This document shows, piece after piece, positions 46,183 through 54,529 of a stretch of DNA of 64,000 nucleotides; position 1 is the first letter of the stretch; every line of letters begins with the position of its first letter. This DNA is from Candidatus Dormibacteria bacterium (lineage in GTDB: Bacteria; Chloroflexota; Dormibacteria; Aeolococcales; Aeolococcaceae): positions 47,517-111,516 of the forward strand of contig JBEKXW010000001.1 of assembly GCA_049511615.1 (NCBI GenBank), given 5' to 3'. A program made the position numbers and the translations under genes. The notes beneath the pieces were generated by a model that was not told the DNA's origin, ran no database searches, and saw only the letters and a program-made list of their open reading frames with translations.

Positions 46183-46668
46183 ATGCGATCCAGCCGGGTC
46201 GCCGTCGGCAGCGACAGCCGCGACCCGGTCGCCGACTCGATCGCCGCGAACCTCGAGGACGCGGGGTTCGCCGTGATCCGCTGCGGGGCGGTGGAGGCCG
46301 CCGCCACGCCCTGGCCGGAGGTGGCCGAGCAGGTGGGCCGGCTGGTGGCCCAGGGGGCTGCCGAGGCCGGCGTCGTCTGCTGCTGGACCGGGACCGGCGT
46401 CAGCATCGCCGCCAACAAGGTTCCCGGCATCCGGGCGGCGCTCTGTAAGGACGCCGAGACGGCCCGCGCCGCCCGCCGCTGGAATGGCGCCAACGTTCTG
46501 GCGCTCAGCCTCGACGGCGCCACCCCGGACTCCGCTCAGGCCATAGTCGACGCCTTCCTGGGAAGCGGCGGCGTCGATCCCGAGGAGGTCGCCAACGTCG
46601 AGCGCGTCGCCGGGATGGAGCGCCGCTACGGCGCGAGCGGGAGCGCGCAGCGGACCCGGCGGGCCTGA
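46183..46668 (+). CDS. rpiB: ribose-5-phosphate isomerase B (RpiB/LacAB family)
   Basis: MRSSRVAVGSDSRDPVADSI...GAVEAA...VVCCWTGTGVSIAANKVPGIRAALC is the RpiB fold. ATG at 46183 inside the track ORF. Confidence 0.85.
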   Translation: MRSSRVAVGSDSRDPVADSIAANLEDAGFAVIRCGAVEAAATPWPEVAEQVGRLVAQGAAEAGVVCCWTGTGVSIAANKVPGIRAALCKDAETARAARRWNGANVLALSLDGATPDSAQAIVDAFLGSGGVDPEEVANVERVAGMERRYGASGSAQRTRRA

Positions 46669-46720
46669 CCGTGACCCACCGCGCCCCGGCCTCCCCGGCG
46701 GGCCGCCCGCGCTGCGTAGG

Positions 46721-48025
46721 ATGGATCCGGTGACGGGCGCTCGCATCCTCTGCGTCATGGGCTCCGGGGAGACCGCCCCGACCATGGCCCCCGTCCACCG
46801 CGAGCTCATCGAGCGGGTGGGGGGGGACGCCGCGCGAGCGGTGCTTCTCGACACCCCCTTCGGCTTCCAGGAGAACGCCGACGAGCTGGTGGCGCGGGCC
46901 CAGGAGCACTTCGACCGCAGCATCGGCCACCCTCTGGAGCTGGCCAGCCTGCGCCGCGCCGAGACCGCCACCGAGGTCGAGCGGGAGGCCGCCTACAGCC
47001 GCATCCACGCGGCGGACTACGTCTTCTCCGGGCCGGGCAGCCCCAGCTACACCCTCCGCCAGTGGCGCCAGACCGAGGTCCCCGGTCTGCTGCGCGACAA
47101 GCTGGAGCAGGGCGGCTGCGTCACCCTCGCCTCGGCGGCGGCGATCACCCTCGGGATCGTCTCCCTCCCCGTCTACGAGATCTACAAGGTGGGCGAGCCG
47201 GTCCACTGGCTGGACGGTCTCGACCTGCTCGCCGTCGCCGGCATCCGCGCCGCGCTGATCACCCACTGGGACAACGCCGAGGGCGGGACCCACGACACCC
47301 GCTTCTGCTACATGGGCGAGGGTCGCCTCACCCAGCTCGAATCCCTCCTCCCCGACGGGGTGGCCATCCTGGGGGTCGACGAGCACACCGCTCTGATCCT
47401 CGACCTCGGCGCCGAGCGGGTCGAGGTGCGCGGCCGGGGGCGGGCGGTGGTGCGCCGGAGCGGGGTGGAGTCGAGCCTCCCCGCCGGCACCGAGACCACC
47501 CTCGGGGAGCTGCGGGCGATGCTCACCGGCGCCGGCGGGCCAGCGGCCCGGTCCACGGTCCCGGCCCGGGTGGAGGTCCCCCCGGAGCCCGCCGGGCGGG
47601 AGGAGCCGTTCATGGCGCTCCTCGGTGAGCGTCAGGATGAATTCGACCGCGCCCGTGACCGCAGCGACGTGGCGGGGATGGTCGCCGCCATCCTGGGCCT
47701 CGAGACGACCATGGCCGAATGGTCGAGTGAGACCTTCTCCGGCGACGAGCGCGAGCGGGGCCGGTCGCTGCTCCGGCGGATGGTGACCCGGCTGGGGGAG
47801 CTCGCCACCGAGGGGGCCGCCGACCCCCGGGAGCGGGTCGCCCCCTTCGTGGAGGCGATGCTGGCGATGCGCCGGCAGTTCCGGGCGGAGCGGCGCTTCG
47901 ACGACGCCGACCACCTCCGCGACCTGCTCACCGGGTGCGGGATCGAGGTGCGCGACGGCCACCGGGGCGAGGGCAGCGGCTGGGAGCTCGCGCCCCGGGC
48001 GGCGGGCCGCCCGGGGACCCCGTGA
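46721..48025 (+). CDS. fusion protein: peptidase S51/cyanophycinase-like (class-I glutamine amidotransferase-like) N-domain + cysteinyl-tRNA synthetase C-terminal (DALR_2-like) domain
   Basis: N-terminus ILCVMGSGETAP...YVFSGPGSPSY...LGVDEHTALILD resembles S51/cyanophycinase. The C-terminal ~140 aa (FMALLGERQDEFDRARDRSDVAG...ERRFDDADHLRDLLTGCGIEVRDGHRGEGSGWEL) parallels the CysRS C-terminus (FMEAMDDDFNTP...[33 protein letters not shown]). Confidence 0.55.
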   Translation: MDPVTGARILCVMGSGETAPTMAPVHRELIERVGGDAARAVLLDTPFGFQENADELVARAQEHFDRSIGHPLELASLRRAETATEVEREAAYSRIHAADYVFSGPGSPSYTLRQWRQTEVPGLLRDKLEQGGCVTLASAAAITLGIVSLPVYEIYKVGEPVHWLDGLDLLAVAGIRAALITHWDNAEGGTHDTRFCYMGEGRLTQLESLLPDGVAILGVDEHTALILDLGAERVEVRGRGRAVVRRSGVESSLPAGTETTLGELRAMLTGAGGPAARSTVPARVEVPPEPAGREEPFMALLGERQDEFDRARDRSDVAGMVAAILGLETTMAEWSSETFSGDERERGRSLLRRMVTRLGELATEGAADPRERVAPFVEAMLAMRRQFRAERRFDDADHLRDLLTGCGIEVRDGHRGEGSGWELAPRAAGRPGTP

Positions 48026-48153
48026 CCATCAGGGGGCGTGCCGCCCCCTCGCCCCCGTGGCAGAGCCACAAGGGGCTCACCCCTGGCTCGGCGCGACTCC
48101 GCGCCGCCAGGCCGCCCGGGGACCCCGTGACCATCAGGGGGCGTGCCGCCCCC
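48006..48153. repeat. two 43-bp direct repeats (GCCGCCCGGGGACCCCGTGACCATCAGGGGGCGTGCCGCCCCC), 105 bp apart, each with a GGGGGCG-TG-CCGCCCCC hairpin
   Basis: Copy 1 at 48006-48048 contains the stop of the upstream gene. Copy 2 at 48111-48153 ends 28 nt before the AKR ATG. A GGCGCGACTCCGCGCC palindrome lies between them. Confidence 0.6.
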
Positions 48154-48181
48154 CATCCCTCCATCACCTGAGGACGTTGAG

Positions 48182-49192
48182 ATGACCGTCTACTACGAGA
48201 TCCCGCCCCGGCACCTCGGCCTCTCCAGCATCAAGCTGAGCCCGATGGGCCTCGGTTGCTGGGCCATTGGGGGTCCGACGGTCGGGGATGATGGCCGGGT
48301 GACCGGCTGGGGTGACGTGGACGACGCCGAGTCCATCCGCGCCATCCAGCGAGGCTTCGACCTCGGGGTGACCTTCTTCGACACCGCCGACACCTATGGC
48401 GCCGGCCACAGTGAGCGGATCCTCGCCCGCGCCCTGGGCCTCCACGGCGACGAGGTGGTCATCGCCACCAAGTTCGGCTGGACGTTCGACGACGACGGCA
48501 GTCGGAGGGGCCACGGCATGAACGTCAGCCCCGCCTACATCCGCGCCGCCTGCCAGGCCTCCCTCCGGCGGCTGGAGCGGGATGACATCGACCTCTACCA
48601 GCTCCACATCGGCAGCCTGCCCGACGACCAGGCGGATGAGGTGGTGGAGACGCTGGAGGGCCTCCAGGCCGAGGGTCTGATCCGCCATTTCGGCTGGAGC
48701 TGCGACGTGGTCGAGCAGGCCCAGCGCTGGGCCGACCGCGTCACCTGCTCGGCGCTGCAGTTCATCTGCAACGTGCTCCAGGAGACCCCCGGGATGATCC
48801 AGCTCTGTGAGAAGAGCCGGATGACCGCCGTCATCCGCAGCCCGCTCGCCTCCGGCTTCCTGAGCGGCAAGTACGGGGCCGACGCCCGGCTCCCCGGGGA
48901 CGACTGGAGGACCCAGGTGCTGGAGCGGGGCTGGGGCGACCTCTTCAACCCCGACGGCAGCGGCAACGCCCGCTGGCTCGCCAAGCTGGACTCGCTCCGC
49001 GAGGTGCTCACCGATGGCGGGCGCAGCCTGGTGCAGGGGGCGCTCGGCTGGCTCTGGGCCCGCAGCCGCGTGACCGTGCCCATCACCGGCTTCCGGACGG
49101 TCGCCCAGGTCGAGGAGAACGTCGGAGCGATGAACTTCGGTCCGCTCTCGGCGGCGCAGATGGCCCGCATCGAGCAGATCCTCGGCAACTGA
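48182..49192 (+). CDS. aldo/keto reductase family oxidoreductase
   Basis: MGLGCWAIGG...FFDTADTYGAGHSE...DLYQLH are AKR catalytic tetrad regions. ATG at 48182. Confidence 0.9.
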   Translation: MTVYYEIPPRHLGLSSIKLSPMGLGCWAIGGPTVGDDGRVTGWGDVDDAESIRAIQRGFDLGVTFFDTADTYGAGHSERILARALGLHGDEVVIATKFGWTFDDDGSRRGHGMNVSPAYIRAACQASLRRLERDDIDLYQLHIGSLPDDQADEVVETLEGLQAEGLIRHFGWSCDVVEQAQRWADRVTCSALQFICNVLQETPGMIQLCEKSRMTAVIRSPLASGFLSGKYGADARLPGDDWRTQVLERGWGDLFNPDGSGNARWLAKLDSLREVLTDGGRSLVQGALGWLWARSRVTVPITGFRTVAQVEENVGAMNFGPLSAAQMARIEQILGN

Positions 49193-49325
49193 CCGGGTTC
49201 CATCTCAGCCGCCCCCGTCTCCCGGCGGCTCCGCCCCTCGAAACACTCCCGCAACGTTGGGGCGTCAGCCTCGTCCGGACCGCCTCTCCGGGGCGGTCGC
49301 ACCGGAACAGGGAGGAACCAGCGCG

Positions 49326-50126
49326 ATGTCCCTTCGACACGCGATTCGCACGGCTTCGGCAAGGTCAGCCGGCGTGATCGGCGCCGCGGCCCTGACGCTC
49401 GTCGCGGGCGCGACCGTGACCGCTCACGCCGAGAGCTATCAGCCCACCGTCCTCTACACGCAGAGCAACGACGACGCCGCGCAGGGCGGCAACACGATCC
49501 TGGCGTTTCGCGCCCAGAGCGATCACGTCATCCCGTTCGCCAGCTTCGCCACCGGCGGTGACGGCACCGGGTCGGCGCTGGGTTCCCAGGGTGCCCTGAC
49601 GCTGGCGGATTCCGGGCAGCGCCTGATCGCCGTCAACGCCGCGTCCGACGCCGTGTCGGCCTTCGCCGTCGAGGCGGACGGCAGCCTCCGCCTGCTCGAC
49701 ACCGCGCCGTCGGGCGGGAGCGGCCCCATCAGCGTGACCGCCTGGGGACGGCTGGTCGAGGTCCTCAACGCGGGGGACAGCTCCGTCTCCGGTCTGTGGC
49801 TGGACGGCGGGGGGCTGCACCCCCTGACCGCGGCGGACGCCACCGCCAGCCTGTCGGCCGGGGCGAGCTCACCCGAGCAGGTCTCCTTCACCCCTGACGG
49901 GCGGCGCCTGGTGGTCACCGAGAAGGGGAGCAGCACCATCGACACCTTCACCGTGGACGCCAGCGGCCGCCTCGGCTCCGCCGTGACCACGCCGGCGACC
50001 GGGGCCGCGCCCTATGGCTTCGGATTCGACAGCCGGGGCGACCCCGTCGTCTCGGACGCCGCCGGCGGACCGGGCGGCACCAGCGCCGTGACGACCTACA
50101 AGGTCGAAGGCGTGGCCTCCGCATGA
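49326..50126 (+). CDS. secreted protein, putative beta-propeller (lactonase-like) fold
   Basis: Signal peptide MSLRHAIRTASARSAGVIGAAALTLVAGATVTAHA, then Gly/Ser/Thr-rich beta-strand repeats (e.g. LVVTEKGSSTIDTF). Its stop overlaps the HK ATG (ATGA). Confidence 0.5.
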   Translation: MSLRHAIRTASARSAGVIGAAALTLVAGATVTAHAESYQPTVLYTQSNDDAAQGGNTILAFRAQSDHVIPFASFATGGDGTGSALGSQGALTLADSGQRLIAVNAASDAVSAFAVEADGSLRLLDTAPSGGSGPISVTAWGRLVEVLNAGDSSVSGLWLDGGGLHPLTAADATASLSAGASSPEQVSFTPDGRRLVVTEKGSSTIDTFTVDASGRLGSAVTTPATGAAPYGFGFDSRGDPVVSDAAGGPGGTSAVTTYKVEGVASA

Positions 50127-51310
50127 AGCGCCTCGGCGCCGTGCTGACGGCCGTGCGCCGGGCCTGGGGCTGGCTCGGCCTGCGCTGGCAGCTGGTGGTG
50201 CTCAACGCCGTGGTCATCGCGGCCACGGTCGCCACCATCGTGCTGCTGATGCACCACATCGCCGAGCCGAGCTTCATGAGCATCGTGCATGCCGCCGGTC
50301 AACCGGTCGACCCGGCGGCGGGCCAGCGCGCCTACGACGCCGCCGTTGCCGCCGAGGTGTACCCGACCATCGCCATCGGCGCGCTGGTGGCGGTGCTCCT
50401 CAACTTCCTCTTCGTCACCCTGGCGCTGCGGCCCCTGCGCGCCGTCACCGAGAGCATGGCCTCGGGTGCCGCCCCCGCCCCGATCGAGAGCCTGCGCCGG
50501 GACGAGATCGGCGACATCGCCGAGTCGGTGAACGAGCTCGCCCGCTCCCTGAAGCGTCTCGAGGACCTGCGCCGCCAGGTGACCAACGACGTGGCCCACG
50601 AGCTGCGCACCCCGCTGCACAACCTGCTGGGCCTGCTCGAGGGGATGCGGGATGGCGTGATGCCGGCCTCGTCAGAACAGCTCGACCGCGCCCACCACGA
50701 GCTGCGCCGGCTGATCGCCCTGGTCGAGGACCTGCGGGCGCTCTCCGACGCGCAGCTGGCCCGCGACCGCATGGATCGCCGCCCTCTCGATCTGGTCGCC
50801 CTGCTGCGCGACACGATCGGAGGCTTCGCCCCCGCCATGGCCGGGCGCAGCCTCACCGGGAACGTGGAGAGCCATGGATGGTCGCCCACCGTGCTGGGCG
50901 ACCGGGTGCGGCTGGCCCAGGTCGTGGGGAACGTGATCGACAACGCGATCCGCCACGCGGCGCCCGGGACCACGATCACCGCGCTGGTCGTTCCGGGCGG
51001 AGACGAGGCGGTCCGGGTGGGCATCACCGACGTCGGCGACGTCATCGCGCCGGAGGCGCTTCCCTACCTCTTCGAGCGCTTCTTCCGGGTCGACCCGAGC
51101 CGCGCGCGGGGGAGCGGGGGTGCGGGCATCGGTCTCGCCATCGTGCGCGAGCTGGTGGATGCCCACGGCGGCAACGTCGGCGCGAGCTCGGACGCCCGCG
51201 GGGTCACCGTCTGGTTCGAGCTGCCGGTAGCCCAGGCCGATGCGGTGGGGATGGTCGAGCCGTGGCCCCGGGACCAGCGCCGCGGAGCCGCCGCGCCCGC
51301 CGGGGGATGA
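50123..51310 (+). CDS. membrane sensor histidine kinase (HAMP-HisKA-HATPase_c), no adjacent response regulator
   Basis: Two TM segments, HAMP (LRPLRAVTESMAS...), H-box VAHELRTPLHNLLGLLE, N-box NVIDNAIRHA, G-boxes GSGGAGIGLAIV. ATGA-coupled to the next ORF. Confidence 0.85.
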   Translation: MKRLGAVLTAVRRAWGWLGLRWQLVVLNAVVIAATVATIVLLMHHIAEPSFMSIVHAAGQPVDPAAGQRAYDAAVAAEVYPTIAIGALVAVLLNFLFVTLALRPLRAVTESMASGAAPAPIESLRRDEIGDIAESVNELARSLKRLEDLRRQVTNDVAHELRTPLHNLLGLLEGMRDGVMPASSEQLDRAHHELRRLIALVEDLRALSDAQLARDRMDRRPLDLVALLRDTIGGFAPAMAGRSLTGNVESHGWSPTVLGDRVRLAQVVGNVIDNAIRHAAPGTTITALVVPGGDEAVRVGITDVGDVIAPEALPYLFERFFRVDPSRARGSGGAGIGLAIVRELVDAHGGNVGASSDARGVTVWFELPVAQADAVGMVEPWPRDQRRGAAAPAGG

Positions 51311-52368
51311 TCGGACCGCCGGCGGCCGTCTCCGCGCCGACGGGTAGCATGGCCCCCGTGGCCAGCCTTTCCGACGCGAGGTGGAGTTCGGCTGTTGGCG
51401 AGGCCGCCTGGATCGGCGGGCGGCTCGCCCCCTTCGAGGTCCGCTGGGTCGCATCGGTGATCCCCGGCGGCTTCGAGGCATACGCCCGAGTCCTGCACCC
51501 CGCCTCCGTCCGCGCTCCTGGTGAGGGGGCTCCGGTGCGCTGGCGCGACGTGGCTGCCTGGAGTGGGGGTTCGGTCGACCGCGGCACCCAGTTCCACTCG
51601 ATCGCCCTGCCCCCGGTCCGACCGGCCGGGGAGCCGCCCTGGCGGGGCCAGGGTCCGCTCACCGGAACCCCCTACCCGCCGGACGCTGCGGTCCTCGTCG
51701 AGGTCCTGCGGGCGGCGACCACGACGCCCGAGCGGTGCTGCTTCTGCCTCTGGGACGGCTACGGCTGGGAGCGGGGGAGGAACTTGCTCACCCGCCGCGG
51801 GGAGCCTCCGGTCCGGCTCCCCGGCCCCATCCCCGAGCGGGTGCTCACCGGACCGCGGGTGCGCCTGCCGCACCGCGACTACCTCCTCTACACGGGACCG
51901 GCGGAGGCCGTGTTCGCCCCCCTGCTCCTCGGCGAACGGCACCAGCAGGCGGCGAACCTCTGGTGGCCGGCGGATCGGGCCTGGTGCGTCGCCAGCGAGA
52001 CCGATCTGGCCTGGACCTACGTCGGAGGGACCGCTGCGGCCATCGACCGCCTGCTCGGTGACGCCCGGGTCGAGGCCGTCCCCGCGGCTGCCGACGACCC
52101 TCTCACCCGGGTCGAGGCGTGGGTGCAGCGCTGGGTGGACGAGGCCACCGAGGCTCTCCTCGCCACCGGTCGGGCCACCATCGCCACGTCGATGGGGTCG
52201 CTCGAGGCTCTCCTGGAGCGTCCGCGAGGGCGCCGGCCGGGACGGCTGCGCATCCACCGGGACGGCTGGAGCGCAGACACCGTGGTCCGCCACGCCGGGA
52301 AGGAGGGACTTCGCCGGGCGGTATCCTCCTACGTCACCCATGCGGTGATCGAGCTTGTCGGCGGATAG
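51307..52368 (+). CDS. hypothetical protein (353 aa), operonic with sensor kinase
   Basis: Track ORF trimmed to ATG 51307, which overlaps the HK stop. No recognisable family. Contains a CCFCLWDGYGW block. Confidence 0.45.
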   Translation: MIGPPAAVSAPTGSMAPVASLSDARWSSAVGEAAWIGGRLAPFEVRWVASVIPGGFEAYARVLHPASVRAPGEGAPVRWRDVAAWSGGSVDRGTQFHSIALPPVRPAGEPPWRGQGPLTGTPYPPDAAVLVEVLRAATTTPERCCFCLWDGYGWERGRNLLTRRGEPPVRLPGPIPERVLTGPRVRLPHRDYLLYTGPAEAVFAPLLLGERHQQAANLWWPADRAWCVASETDLAWTYVGGTAAAIDRLLGDARVEAVPAAADDPLTRVEAWVQRWVDEATEALLATGRATIATSMGSLEALLERPRGRRPGRLRIHRDGWSADTVVRHAGKEGLRRAVSSYVTHAVIELVGG

Positions 52369-52930
52369 CGGGGAGGGCCCGGGGATGGCGGGACGGACCA
52401 GGCCACGCCACGTCATCGCCCGGTTCCTGGGCTCCCCCGCTGATCAGGTGGCCGTTGTGGGCGGGAGCGTCACCGAGGCGGGGAGCGCGCGGGTCCTGGA
52501 CAGCGTGGCCGTGGCGGGGAGCGCGCGGGTCGTGGAGAGTGCCGCCGTCGCGGGCAGCGTCGCGGTGCTGCGCAGCGCCGGGGTGGCGGGGAGCGCGGCG
52601 ACGGCCTACTCGGCCGGGATCGCGGGCAGCGCGGCCACCGCGGTGTCGGCGGCGGTGGCGGGGAGCGCTGCGACCGCCGGCTCCGCCGCCGTGGCGGGGA
52701 GCGCACTGACCCTGGCCAGCACCGCGGTCGCGGGCAGCGTGCTCACGCTCCTCGGTGCCGTCATCGGGGGATGCGTCGCCACCCTGGCATGCCTGCGCTG
52801 CACCCGGTGCGTGGCCTGTTTCGCCTGCGCCGACTGTGTCGACTGCATCGGTTGCCTCGGCTGCCGGGGCCGGCGCGGAGCGGTGGGCCGGGTCGGGGAG
52901 CGCGCGACACTCCCCGCCCGCCGGCGCTAA
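52355..52930 (+). CDS. low-complexity tandem-repeat protein: ~8 x 12-aa (V/I)AGSAxxAxSAA repeats + hydrophobic segment + C-terminal (CXX)9 cysteine ladder
   Basis: The DNA shows ~36-nt periodic repeats (recurring gtggcggggagcgc). These are followed by a 9-nt periodic tgc-containing array encoding CVATLACLRCTRCVACFACADCVDCIGCLGC. Overlaps the upstream ORF end by 14 nt. Coding status unproven. Confidence 0.4.
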   Translation: MSADSGEGPGMAGRTRPRHVIARFLGSPADQVAVVGGSVTEAGSARVLDSVAVAGSARVVESAAVAGSVAVLRSAGVAGSAATAYSAGIAGSAATAVSAAVAGSAATAGSAAVAGSALTLASTAVAGSVLTLLGAVIGGCVATLACLRCTRCVACFACADCVDCIGCLGCRGRRGAVGRVGERATLPARRR

Positions 52931-52939
52931 CCTCGTCGC

Positions 52940-53143
52940 ATGTGTCGCAGCATCAAGACGCTCCGCGGCGCCGTTCCCCCGGCGTCGACCGGCGATATCG
53001 AGGCCGCCGCGCTCCAGTACGTGCGCAAGGTGAGCGGCTACCGCCAGCCCGCGCAGCGCAACCGGGACGCGTTCGAGGCCGCGGTTGCCGAGATCTCGGC
53101 GGCCACCGACCGGTTGCTGGCGCAGCTGGTGCCGGGGCGCTGA
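52940..53143 (+). CDS. DUF2277-family small protein
   Basis: MCRSIKTLRGAVPPASTGDIEAAALQYVRKVSGYRQPAQRNRDAFEAAVAEI matches the conserved actinobacterial DUF2277 consensus (MCRNIKTL...AALQYVRK(I/V)SG). Confidence 0.8.
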   Translation: MCRSIKTLRGAVPPASTGDIEAAALQYVRKVSGYRQPAQRNRDAFEAAVAEISAATDRLLAQLVPGR

Positions 53144-53216
53144 GCCCCCTCCGTTCCCGGCCGACCGGCACGCGCGGATTGCCGCGGGCGGGAGCCCGGC
53201 GAGCCATGCCCCCGTC

Positions 53217-53582
53217 TCAGGCGGCGCTGCGGTCGTCCCCGTCCAGCACGATCGTCCTCTGATCGCGGGCGATCCGGGTCAGCTCGTCGTCCCGACCCTG
53301 CCACATCATGGCGATCATGCGGAGGTCGCCGCGCAGGCTCCAGAGCGGATGCCCGAGGCTGGCCGGCCGGTTCTTCTCGATCGCGAGGTGGCTGTACCAG
53401 GCCAGGCCGCAGCCGATCGCCGGGAGCGCGAGGACGCCGGCGGGCCGCCGCGCGACCAGTGCCGCCGCCGCCGCCGCCACCCCCAGGTGGGCGCCCGTGA
53501 AGTGCAGCCAGCGGGTCGCCGGCCGGCTGTGCTGGCTGACGTAGTAGGGAAAGAAGTCCTCGTAGCTGCGGAACTCCCGCAC
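53217..53582 (-). CDS. DUF962 (Mpo1-like) family membrane protein
   Basis: FRSYEDFFPYYVSQHSRPATRWLHFTGAHLGV...AWYSHLAIEKNRPA is the DUF962/Mpo1 signature. Confidence 0.7.
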   Translation of the reverse strand: MREFRSYEDFFPYYVSQHSRPATRWLHFTGAHLGVAAAAAALVARRPAGVLALPAIGCGLAWYSHLAIEKNRPASLGHPLWSLRGDLRMIAMMWQGRDDELTRIARDQRTIVLDGDDRSAA

Positions 53583-53831
53583 CCCGGCGCCTCCGTGCCC
53601 GCTGATCCTGGGGGCCAGGGTACGCCCCCGGCCGCAGGCCTGTGACGAGGCGGTTGCCCGCCGGCGGCGATTCCCGGGCCGCGTGGGATGCTGGATCCGC
53701 TCGATCTTCCCCGTCCTCCTCAGTCCTCCTCAGACCCGGTGACCCGGAAGCCACGGGCATCGTCGCCGGCGCTCCCCGCGTCGGAACCGCGCGGGGAGCC
53801 TCGTCCCCTCCTGACCCACGCCCGCCCCGGG

Positions 53832-54461
53832 TCAGCGCTGCGGCCGCCGGGCCTCTGCCAGGAACACCGGGACCACCGGGCCGAAGAGCGACCGGCGCCG
53901 CCAGGCGCTGAACCCCGCGTCCCGCAGCAGCCCGGCCAGCTCCGCGGCGTTGCGGTATCCGACCCCGTGACGGCCCGCCGCCGGGCGCAGGAGGCGACCG
54001 ACGAAGCCGATGCCGAAGATGTCGGCGATGAGCAGCCGGCCCCCCGGTCCCAGCACCCGGGCCACCTCCCGCAGCGATGCCTCCTGCCGCTCCCAGTGGT
54101 GGAAGGAGAGGGTCGTCGTGACCACGTCGGCGCACCCGTCGTCGAGGGGCAGGTGGTCGGCGGTCGCCACCTCGAACCGGACGTGCGGCTCGCCCGCGAA
54201 GCGGCTGCGGGCCACCGAGATCATCCCCTCGGCGGGATCGACGCCGACCAGCTCGGCGCCGGGCAGGCGTGCCAGCAGCGCCTCCAGCAGCCGGCCGGTG
54301 CCGCAGCCGACGTCGACGACCCGCTGCGGGACGCTCCCCGCGCAGACGGCATCGACCACCGGGCGGTGGACCCGCGCGAAGAGCGACTGCCCCGGGGTGC
54401 GGTCGTAGCTGGCCGCCCAGCGGTTGAAGTGGGCGACGTCGCCGTGATGCGCTCTCTTCAT
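53832..54461 (-). CDS. class I SAM-dependent methyltransferase
   Basis: VVDVGCGTGRL (motif I)...PGGRLLIAD (post-II). Methyltransf_11/25-type. Confidence 0.8.
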   Translation of the reverse strand: MKRAHHGDVAHFNRWAASYDRTPGQSLFARVHRPVVDAVCAGSVPQRVVDVGCGTGRLLEALLARLPGAELVGVDPAEGMISVARSRFAGEPHVRFEVATADHLPLDDGCADVVTTTLSFHHWERQEASLREVARVLGPGGRLLIADIFGIGFVGRLLRPAAGRHGVGYRNAAELAGLLRDAGFSAWRRRSLFGPVVPVFLAEARRPQR

Positions 54462-54529
54462 GGGCCCCGTGCATCAGACCACATCCGACCGGGCGCGAGC
54501 CCGGGGTGCATACTTCCGCTGCTCCTCCG

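Noticed and set aside
52480-52880. Possible CRISPR or non-coding satellite at the Cys-ladder locus
   Set aside because: Periodicities are 36 nt and 9 nt, both multiples of three, with an intact reading frame throughout and operon-like overlap with flanking genes. This is more consistent with a coding repeat than with CRISPR, which would need unique spacers and a non-3n period. Coding status is still flagged as uncertain.
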